NCBI GenBank assembly: GCA_963739455.1
Contig: CAVUAK010000001.1
Span: forward strand, 2,112,001 to 2,176,000
Origin: an uncultured Gemmatimonadales bacterium
GTDB taxonomy: Bacteria; Gemmatimonadota; Gemmatimonadetes; Gemmatimonadales; GWC2-71-9
Direction of reading: 5' to 3'
Length of the DNA stretch: 64,000 nt
The stretch's first letter is position 1. Each line of letters opens with the position of its first letter. A program made the translations under genes and the position numbers. The notes under the pieces are model-generated. The model was not told the DNA's origin, did not search any database, and was given only the letters and a program-made list of their open reading frames with translations. Positions 30,820 through 38,150 of the stretch are shown here, in pieces.

Positions 30820-31975
30820 TGGAGTTTCCCCAGCCGCTCGGCGGCCTGACGGAGGGTCTCCTCGCGCTTGCAGAAGGCGAAGCGTACGAGGCGACGCGTG
30901 GTGTCCGGTGTGCTGAAAAAGCTCGACCCCGGCACGGGGGTGACACCGATCTCGGTGGTGAGCCACCGGGCAAACTCGGTATCGGGCAGGTCGACTCAGT
31001 GCAGAGTAGTCGGCGAGGATGTAGTAGGCGCCGTCGGGCAGTGCAGCGCGGAAGCCTGACGCGACGAGCGTTTCGTGCAGCAGGTTGCGGCGACCGCAGT
31101 ACTCGCACGCGAGCCTGGCGTAGAATTCCGCCGGGAGCTCGTCGAGCGCCACGGCCACGGCCTCCATGAGCGGAGCCGGCGCGCCCACGGTCAGGAAGTC
31201 GTGCACCTTCCGGATCGCGCCGGAGACGGCGGCGGGCGCGATGGCCCAGCCAATACGCCAGCCGGTCACCGCAAACGTCTTCGACGCACCACTGATGGTG
31301 ACGGTGCGCTCGGCCATCCCGGGCAGCGTCGCCATGGGCACGTGGGGGCCGGCATAGCGGATGTGCTCGTAGATCTCGTCCGTCACCGCCCACACATCGA
31401 AGCGCTGGCACAAGCGCGGCGATTGCGGCGAGTTCGTCGCGGGACAGCACGCGCCCGGTCGGGTTGGCGGGGCTGTTGAGGATGATGACGCGGGTCCGGC
31501 TGGAGAAAGCCGCGGCCAGGCGCTCGAGATCGAGCGGTGCGCCGATCGGCAGGGGCACGTGCCGCAAGGTGGCACCGCAGAGGATCGCATCGGGGCCGTA
31601 GTTCTCGTAGAACGGGTCGAAGACGATCACCTCGTCGCCCGGCTCGACGATCGCCATGAGTGTCGCGACCATCGCTTCGGTCGAGCCGCAGGTCACGGTG
31701 ATCTCCGTCTCTGGATTCACCGCCATGCCGTACCATTCGGCGTACTTCCGGGCCAGTGCCTCGCGCAGCCGGCGCGAGCCCCAGGTGATGGCGTACTGGT
31801 TCACGTCATCGGCAATGGCGCGCGCGGCAGCCTCCTTGAGCAGCGCGGGCGCGGGAAAGTCGGGGAATCCCTGCGCAAGGTTGATTGCGCCATGCTCCCG
31901 GGCGAGCGCGGACATGCCGCGGATGACGGACTCGGTAAAGCCGCGCGTTCGACTGCCGAAAGCCGGTGCCGTCAC
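30816..31975 (-). CDS. Class I/II PLP aminotransferase, YbdL/kynurenine-type (frameshifts near 31410 and 30990)
   Basis: AINLAQGFPDF, NQY, NSPANPTG, DEIYEH, SKTFAVTGWRIG, RFAFCK. Confidence 0.88.
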
Positions 31976-32193
31976 TCGGACGTCGCGATCGAGTCCTGCA
32001 AGTGCACCCGGCTGCCAGCCGAGTCGGCCACGGTCATGGCCTTCGCCACGCCAGTCGCGCCGGGGATCTTCGACTGGCCGAGGACACTGTCACGCTCACG
32101 CTGCGACTGGACCTTCTTCGCCGCGGCATCCTTCTCCTTCGTGCACGCCACCAATGCGAGCAACAATGCTGCCGTCGTCAGTCGTCGATGCAT
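31972..32193 (-). CDS. Small lipoprotein
   Basis: Lipobox LVAC; GTGA overlap with the next gene. Confidence 0.7.
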   Translation of the reverse strand: MHRRLTTAALLLALVACTKEKDAAAKKVQSQRERDSVLGQSKIPGATGVAKAMTVADSAGSRVHLQDSIATSE

Positions 32194-32209
32194 GCCGTAT
32201 CTCCTTGAC

Positions 32210-32554
32210 TCAGGAACGGTTCTTCTCGCTGTCGACTTCGAGGTGATGCTTCCTGAGCACGTGACCGAATACCGGGGCGAGCAGCAGGGCAGTCACGACG
32301 AGGTAGGCCAGGCCGGAGTAGAGCGCGTAGACGCCGGCGAAGATGCGCGATGGATTATTGGGATAGCTGCCGGAAGGCCCTTCTCCGCCGAGGAGCAGCG
32401 CTGCCTGGGAAAAGGACTCGACCAGGTCGTATCCGGCCGCGAGGTGAAAGCCCAGCATGCCCACGGTGAGGGAACCGACGATGAGAATGGCGGCCAGTGC
32501 GAGGTTTCGTCGCGCGACCTTCCTGACGGTGGGATGAATGCGCGGGGGTGTCAG
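32210..32554 (-). CDS. Small two-TM membrane protein, ion-channel-like topology
   Basis: TM - short helix - LGGEGP - TM; reading frame open back to a CTG overlapping the upstream stop. Confidence 0.55.
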   Translation of the reverse strand: MTPPRIHPTVRKVARRNLALAAILIVGSLTVGMLGFHLAAGYDLVESFSQAALLLGGEGPSGSYPNNPSRIFAGVYALYSGLAYLVVTALLLAPVFGHVLRKHHLEVDSEKNRS

Positions 32555-32829
32555 CGCGGCTGCTCCCGGGTGGTGCCTGCGGGACGGGCGAGCAGGCGCT
32601 CCGCAAAGTCGAGCCGCTCATGGACCTCGCCCAGTTCGCGCCGCAGGTCGTCCACTTCGCCGCGAAGGGCATCGAGCTCCTCGCGTGATCCGCCCTGTCC
32701 CTCCAGGCGCACCCGGGTCTCCTCGAGGCGCAACTGCGCCGTCTTCTGGAGGCCGCGGAAGATGATCGCGATGACCGGGATGGACAGGGCCAGGATGGGG
32801 ATGAACATCGCGAGCGCTTGCTTATCCAT
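32551..32829 (-). CDS. Small TM + coiled-coil protein (ERLDFAERLL)
   Basis: One TM followed by a heptad coiled coil; GGAGG RBS. Confidence 0.7.
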   Translation of the reverse strand: MDKQALAMFIPILALSIPVIAIIFRGLQKTAQLRLEETRVRLEGQGGSREELDALRGEVDDLRRELGEVHERLDFAERLLARPAGTTREQPR

Positions 32830-32852
32830 CGCATGTCCTCCGCGCGGTGTTG

Positions 32853-33485
32853 CTAGGCGTACCGCAGTATCGCGATGTAGTGGCAGGCAGTCCCGGCGAT
32901 CACGAACAGGTGCCAGACAAAATGCCCGTATCGCAGGCGGTCCATGGCAAAGAATGCCACGCCGGCGGTGTAGGCCAGGCCGCCCGCCGCGATCAACACC
33001 AGGCCCGGCAGCGGCACTTCTCGGAGGAAGGGCCGGGCCGCCACCAGGGCAAGCCATCCCATCGCGAGGTACAGGGCCGTGGAGAGCCGGGGCCAGACGA
33101 TGCCCTTGGTGGCCTTGACCGCGATTCCGACTGCGGCGAGCAGCCAGACCACGGAGAGCAGGGTCCATCCCAGTGGCCCCCGCAGCACGCCCAGCGCGAA
33201 GGGAGTGTAGGTGCCCGCGATGAGCAGGTAGATGGCACTGTGATCGATGACCTGGAGGACGCGCTTGGCGCGGCTCTCGGGGATCGCGTGGTACAGTGTG
33301 GAAGAGAGGTAGAGCAGGACAACCGTTGCCGCGAAAATGGCGGCCGCGAGGATGAGGACGGTATCGCCCCGACGGAGCATGGCCCCGATGAGGAACGGGG
33401 CGGCGGCCAGGCTCGCAGCCAGCCCGATACCGTGACTGACGCTGTTGGCGATTTCCTCGCCCAGGGTCTGGGAACGCGAGGTCAT
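32853..33485 (-). CDS. Hemolysin III / PAQR family membrane protein
   Basis: EEIANSVSHG, SSTLYH, DHSAIYLLIAGTYTP, HFVWHLFV. Confidence 0.93.
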   Translation of the reverse strand: MTSRSQTLGEEIANSVSHGIGLAASLAAAPFLIGAMLRRGDTVLILAAAIFAATVVLLYLSSTLYHAIPESRAKRVLQVIDHSAIYLLIAGTYTPFALGVLRGPLGWTLLSVVWLLAAVGIAVKATKGIVWPRLSTALYLAMGWLALVAARPFLREVPLPGLVLIAAGGLAYTAGVAFFAMDRLRYGHFVWHLFVIAGTACHYIAILRYA

Positions 33486-33498
33486 CGTGGGTTCGCCC

Positions 33499-33735
33499 TC
33501 AGCTCGCCATCCGCTCCTTGAGCCACGCCATGAGGCGCTTGTCGACCTCGAGGGCCTCCTGGTCGGGCGAGTGGGGCATCACTTCCCACCGCTTGCCGGC
33601 GCTCATCAGGAACCAGGATGCCTCGGTCGCCTCGATGGCGCGGGCGGCATTAGCCACCTGGCCCTCGTACGACACGAAATGGAACTCGCGCCCCTTGAAC
33701 ACCAGGCGCCGTTGTTCAACCTTGTGCTTGTTCAT
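33499..33735 (-). CDS. Small hypothetical protein
   Basis: GGAGGTG RBS; GREFHFVSYEG motif. Confidence 0.6.
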   Translation of the reverse strand: MNKHKVEQRRLVFKGREFHFVSYEGQVANAARAIEATEASWFLMSAGKRWEVMPHSPDQEALEVDKRLMAWLKERMAS

Positions 33736-33814
33736 GCCGCTCACCTCCGGGAAACCCCGCAAATCCGTACCCGACTTGAATCTAGTCGGTTGGGGCCCAG
33801 ATCAGGCTTTTCGG

Positions 33815-34882
33815 TCAGGAGGTGCCCAGTGCCTCGCGGGAGGCGACCGCCGGGGCCTTGGGCGGCACGGTCCGGCTGCTTCCCTCGATCGCGTCGAGGT
33901 CGGGGCGGACCTCGTCGGCCAGGCCGACACGGTTGCGGTCGGCCCGCACCATGCGCGAGAAGAGCGACAGCTCGCGGTCGAAGAGGAACTGGAAGAACAG
34001 GCGGGTCCAGGACATGTGCGACTTGAGCTCGACGTAGAACTCGGGCGCCATCGCCTTGATCTTCGGCAGCCGGTTCCAGGGCACCGACGGGAAGTCATGG
34101 TGCTCGTTGTGGTAGCCGACGTTGAACGTCACCGCGTTGAGGAAGCCGTAGTAGCTGAAGGTTTCCTGCTCGCCCTCGGTGGTGAGGTAGTGGCGCTGGA
34201 TCCACCGGGCGCCGAGCGGATGGAGCCCGATGGAGAAGAAGAACGACATGGCGAGGTACGCCAGCGCCTTCGGCCCGAGGAAGTAGTACACCGCCACATT
34301 GGCGGCGATCATGACCGCGAGGTTGATGATCTCCAGCTTCTGCAGCACCTGCACTTCCTTCATGCGCATCGGGCGGAGCGCCTGGAAGAATGGGTAGAAC
34401 AGCAGCCAGAGCGCCTTCCCGACGAACGAGTGCCCGATCAGCTTCGCTTCCCACAGGCTCGGCACGTCAGCGTCGAGCTCGTACACGCCCTGGAAGGCGT
34501 GATGCTTGAGGTGGTACTTCTGGAACGGCGCGATCGACGGGAAGAAGAGCGGCAGGTTGGCGATCAGGCCGGTGACGAAGTTCGGCGTCTTGCGCTTGAA
34601 CACGAGGCGGTGGGTGCACTCGTGAATGAGGATGAAGAGTCCGTGGTTGGCGAAGGCGCCAATGGTGTAGGCGAGGAGGAACACCACCCACCAGGAACGG
34701 TCTGCCGCGAACCAGGCGACGACGCCCTGAAGTGCCACCACCACCAGCGTCCACCAGAAGGTGGACTGGCTCGGCCCGATGAGTGTCCGGATATCGGGGT
34801 GGGCCCGGAGGATTTCCTTGGTACGGCTCCGGTGCGGCTCCGGGGCAGTGGAATGCTTGAAATCGGCGGTTGGGGCGGCCAC
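33815..34882 (-). CDS. Sphingolipid delta-4 desaturase (DEGS1/DES1)-like fatty acid desaturase
   Basis: EPHRSRTKEILRAHPDI N-terminal motif; His boxes HECTH, HLKHH, HNEHH; GLHP, ETFSYYG, TFNVGYHNEHHDFP. Confidence 0.85.
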   Translation of the reverse strand: MAAPTADFKHSTAPEPHRSRTKEILRAHPDIRTLIGPSQSTFWWTLVVVALQGVVAWFAADRSWWVVFLLAYTIGAFANHGLFILIHECTHRLVFKRKTPNFVTGLIANLPLFFPSIAPFQKYHLKHHAFQGVYELDADVPSLWEAKLIGHSFVGKALWLLFYPFFQALRPMRMKEVQVLQKLEIINLAVMIAANVAVYYFLGPKALAYLAMSFFFSIGLHPLGARWIQRHYLTTEGEQETFSYYGFLNAVTFNVGYHNEHHDFPSVPWNRLPKIKAMAPEFYVELKSHMSWTRLFFQFLFDRELSLFSRMVRADRNRVGLADEVRPDLDAIEGSSRTVPPKAPAVASREALGTS

Positions 34883-34974
34883 AGGCACCTCAATACTCGT
34901 GTTGAATTGGGTGGACCGGACCGGAACACCGATGCGGAACCGTTTCACCGGCAAATCTATGCGACAAGGGGGGA

Positions 34975-35003
34975 TTGACAATACAAGTTATAACATGTAA
35001 TAT
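34975..35003 (+). promoter_or_regulatory. Sigma70 promoter of marR with a palindromic operator in the spacer
   Basis: TTGACA-N17-TAATAT; spacer contains TACAAGTTATAACATGTA. Confidence 0.8.
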
Positions 35004-35008
35004 CGTCC

Positions 35009-35476
35009 ATGCCTCAAGGACTTCGTGAAGAACTCAAGCAGAACAAGCCGTTTCCCCGGCGAAGCTCGGAGGCGGCGGTGAGCGTGATGCGAACGGCGGC
35101 GGTGCTGGAGCACGAGTTGAACGACGTCCTCAAGCCGCATGGGCTCACCCTGACGCAGTACAACGTGCTGCGCATCCTGCGTGGGGCGGGGGAGAACGGG
35201 CTGTGCGGGCGCGAGGTGGGGGAGCGGTTGATCTCCCGGGTGCCCGACGTATCGCGCCTGCTCGAGCGGATGGAAGATGTGGGGATCGTGCGGCGCGAGC
35301 GTGACGACAACGACCGTCGGCACGTCACCGCGAGGATCACGGAGTCGGGGCGGCGGCTGCTGGAGTCGGTAACGCCCCAGCTCGAGGCGGTGGAGCGGGC
35401 GCGGTTCGGCCGGCTGAGCGAGTCGGCGCTCCAGGCGATGATCACGTCGCTGGCGGTGGTGCGCGACCACGGCTGA
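35009..35476 (+). CDS. MarR family transcriptional regulator
   Basis: LTLTQYNVLRIL, PDVSRLLERME, DRR...ITESG. Confidence 0.93.
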   Translation: MPQGLREELKQNKPFPRRSSEAAVSVMRTAAVLEHELNDVLKPHGLTLTQYNVLRILRGAGENGLCGREVGERLISRVPDVSRLLERMEDVGIVRRERDDNDRRHVTARITESGRRLLESVTPQLEAVERARFGRLSESALQAMITSLAVVRDHG

Positions 35477-35493
35477 AGTTTTTTAGAGATTAT

Positions 35494-35518
35494 CTGTTAT
35501 AACAGTTACCGTTACAAC
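35494..35518. promoter_or_regulatory. Second copy of the MarR-type operator, upstream of doxX
   Basis: Perfect palindrome CTGTTATAACAG (35494-35505) plus GTTACAAC (35511-35518). Confidence 0.7.
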
Positions 35519-35535
35519 TTTCAAGGAGCACTTAT

Positions 35536-36078
35536 ATGTCAGTCAACACAATGGATATCGCGACACTCAGCGCTGGCCTGCTGGTAGCACGCCTCGCCCT
35601 GGGACTGGCCATGGCCGCGCACGGTTCGCAGAAGCTGCTCGGCTGGTTTGGGGGCTACGGGCTTAAGGGCACGAGTGGGTTCTTCGAGGGACTGGGCTTC
35701 CGTCCAGGCGTGACCTTCGCCGCTGCCGCGTCGGCAAGTGAGGTGGTCGGTGGGCTGCTCGTCGCGCTCGGCTTCCTCGGGCCGATTGGTCCGGCGCTCA
35801 TCATCGGGGTGATGATCGTGGCGGCAGTCACGGTTCACCTCAAGAACGGCTTCTTCGCCAGCACCAACGGCTTCGAGGTGGCGTACCTCTACGCCGCCGG
35901 TGCGGCGGCGCTGCTGCTGACCGGGCCGGGGGCGTACTCGCTCGACGCGCTACTGGGTATCGGTTCGCTTTGGACGCCGGCGGTGGTGTGGGGCGTGCTG
36001 GCTGCGGGTATCGCGGGTGGGTTCGCGAACCTGCTGCTCCGCCGGACGGTGCCGACGCCGGTCGCGGCTCAGCACTAA
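35536..36078 (+). CDS. DoxX family membrane protein
   Basis: RLALG..MAAHGSQKLLGWFGG, GFE, GPGAYSLD. Confidence 0.9.
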   Translation: MSVNTMDIATLSAGLLVARLALGLAMAAHGSQKLLGWFGGYGLKGTSGFFEGLGFRPGVTFAAAASASEVVGGLLVALGFLGPIGPALIIGVMIVAAVTVHLKNGFFASTNGFEVAYLYAAGAAALLLTGPGAYSLDALLGIGSLWTPAVVWGVLAAGIAGGFANLLLRRTVPTPVAAQH

Positions 36079-36102
36079 CGGCTGACAGACAAAGGCTCGC
36101 GG

Positions 36103-36649
36103 TCAGGTGCCCTTGACGGGGTACCTGGCCGCGAGTCGCGTCACGGTGTTGATGTTGCGGAAGGTTGCCCGCCCCTTGAGGGTGCGCTCGAAGAGCGCAT
36201 TCGTCAGCTTCGAGTCGCTCTGCCCTCCTGCCGTTCGCCAGTAGAGTTCCCGCCCGTTCACATGCAGGTCATCGATGGAAGTCTTGAGGGCGAGCACTGC
36301 CTTGGTGGTCGGGGCATCGAGCGGCCCGCGGAGGAACCCCACGACCATCGCGCCGGCGAAGTCGGCTGGCACCGTCTTGAACGCCTTGTAGCCGGCGATC
36401 ACGGCCACTTCCGACTCGCTCCGGATGAAGGTGTGCACCTCGTAGCCGAGCGCCTGGTGCAGGTGACGCTCGATCTTCGCCTCGAGGGACGCGGCTTTCG
36501 CGCTCGAACGTGAAGATGACATTGCCGCTCGCAATGAAGGTCTCGACGTCCTTGAGGCCCAGTTCCCCGAAGAGCTCGCGGAGCCGGTCCATGGTGACGG
36601 TGTGGCCGCCGACATTGATGGCGCGGAGGAAGGCGATATGCCGAGGCAT
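36103..36649 (-). CDS. DUF1697 family protein (frameshift near 36505)
   Basis: AFLRAINVGG, TFIASGNVIF, TFRNINTV. Confidence 0.85.
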
Positions 36650-37131
36650 CAGGAGGTCCCGTCCAGCATGCGCTCCATGGCGAATGACTCCTCGTCCACG
36701 CCGCACTCATGCAGCTTGCGCATACTCCGAAAGACTGTGTACCCGCGCCGGTGATAGAAATCGAGCGCGCGAGGGTTGAACGAGGAACAAGTGAGCCAGC
36801 TGCGCGCAAAGCCACGGGTGCGGACCACCTCTTCCCCGTACGCCAGCAGCAGTGAGCCGATCCCCTGGCCCTGATAGTCGGGATGGATCCAGAGTCCGTC
36901 GATCTCATCCACCGTCGGTTGCATGAGGCCCGCGATCACGCCGTCGCGTTCCATCACGAACATCTCGGCCCAATCGCGCGGATAGGACGTGGACTCGCGA
37001 TCTTCGCGGGCCCATTGCTCGATCAAGGGGGACGGTGCGGTGACACCAAACGCGCTCAGGAACGAGCGGCGGGCGACCTCGATAAGGCGGGGGACGTCGG
37101 CTTCAGTTGCGGGGCGTATTGGGCTGGGCAT
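36649..37131 (-). CDS. GNAT family acetyltransferase
   Basis: IHPDYQGQGIGSLLL, N.RALDFY..RGY. Confidence 0.88.
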   Translation of the reverse strand: MPSPIRPATEADVPRLIEVARRSFLSAFGVTAPSPLIEQWAREDRESTSYPRDWAEMFVMERDGVIAGLMQPTVDEIDGLWIHPDYQGQGIGSLLLAYGEEVVRTRGFARSWLTCSSFNPRALDFYHRRGYTVFRSMRKLHECGVDEESFAMERMLDGTS

Positions 37132-37363
37132 CGGGCTGGCGCGCCGTCTTCAGCAGGCGCTCCGAGAAATCCAGGCGTTCCTCGAGCTGTGCCACGCGCT
37201 GGTTCACCTGGTCGAGCGCTTCCTGCCGATTGGTGATCTCGTCCTCGAGGCGTTCCTGCTGGCGTTCCGCGCGCTTCTGGCGGTTCCAGAGGACGATGCC
37301 GCCCCACGTTGCCGCAACGATGAGGCCGTTCATCAGCACCCAGGTGAACAGCTGGATCGTCAT
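37103..37363 (-). CDS. Small TM + coiled-coil protein (ERLDFSERLL)
   Basis: Same architecture and motif as 32551..32829; GGAGG RBS. Confidence 0.7.
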   Translation of the reverse strand: MTIQLFTWVLMNGLIVAATWGGIVLWNRQKRAERQQERLEDEITNRQEALDQVNQRVAQLEERLDFSERLLKTARQPDAQPNTPRN

Positions 37364-37385
37364 GCATCCTCCGCGAAACAGGCAA

Positions 37386-37472
37386 CGGCGTGGGTGAGAT
37401 TCGAACTCACGGAACCGTTTCCGGTTCGGCGGTTTTCAAGACCGCTGCCTTAAACCACTCGGCCACCACGCC
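37386..37472 (-). tRNA. tRNA-Ser(TGA)
   Basis: GGCGTGG/CCACGCC acceptor stem, GCGGT-CTTGAAA-ACCGC anticodon arm, long variable arm, GTTCGAATC. Confidence 0.96.
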
Positions 37473-37481
37473 TACAGAGGG

Positions 37482-37519
37482 GTAAAGTAAGGCCCCGCTG
37501 CCACTTCGGTAGCGGGGCC
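37482..37519 (-). terminator. Putative intrinsic terminator just upstream of tRNA-Ser(TGA)
   Basis: GGCCCCGCTACC-GAAGT-GGCAGCGGGGCC followed by TTACTTTAC. Confidence 0.55.
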
Positions 37520-37544
37520 ATATGCGCTGCGAAACCTCGCAGGG

Positions 37545-38123
37545 CTATCCGTGAAGCTGCGCCACGATGCGGTCGACGATGGACTCTTCCTGCGTCGACA
37601 CGCCGCTCGACAGTCCCAGCGTCTTCCCAAGGCCGCCCGACGCCTTCGCCACTTCGAGACACGCCTTGGCAATTCCCTTCACGCGCTCCTCCCGCTCCGC
37701 CTGGGGTAGCTCCGCCAGGCCAGTCTTGATGACCTCGGCGGCGGTAGTGAAGAGCTCGTCTGTCGGCCGAGTCTTGAGCCAGTCGGCGAGCTGCATGCCG
37801 GACGCATCGGTGGCCTTGACGCCGCGGGCCGCAGCGAGGCGCATGACCGTCTCGCGCTCCTGGTCGGTGACGCTCAGCCCGGCCCACGCAACTTGAACCA
37901 GCGGCGCCAGGACAAAGGCCGGAGCGGTGTCGGCCATCACGCCGAGATTGATGACACGCTGCAGGAGTTCCGGCGCCTTCACCCGCAGTACTTCTGCCAG
38001 CCCCGCCGTAACTACGGCGAGCTGCTCCTTGTTGCGAAGCTTCTCGATCAACTCCGCGTCGCGAGCCCGGGCCCACTGGCCTTCGGCGGCGCGCTCACGG
38101 TCCTTGAAGATGTCGTCTGACAA
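37545..38123 (-). CDS. Hypothetical protein, TerB-like helical body with an IF1/zeta-like N-terminus
   Basis: FKDRERAAEGQW...DAEL; PLVQVAWA; VAKASGG. Confidence 0.6.
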   Translation of the reverse strand: MSDDIFKDRERAAEGQWARARDAELIEKLRNKEQLAVVTAGLAEVLRVKAPELLQRVINLGVMADTAPAFVLAPLVQVAWAGLSVTDQERETVMRLAAARGVKATDASGMQLADWLKTRPTDELFTTAAEVIKTGLAELPQAEREERVKGIAKACLEVAKASGGLGKTLGLSSGVSTQEESIVDRIVAQLHG

Positions 38124-38150
38124 TTGGCCACTCCCTCGTTTGCGGGTGGG

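Noticed and set aside
27392..37385. tRNA-anchored genomic island or prophage
   Set aside because: No integrase, att duplication, phage gene or clear composition shift.
37386..37472. tRNA with a TGA anticodon as tRNA-Sec
   Set aside because: tRNA-Sec has anticodon TCA and an 8-bp acceptor stem. This one has TGA and a 7-bp stem, so it is an ordinary tRNA-Ser.
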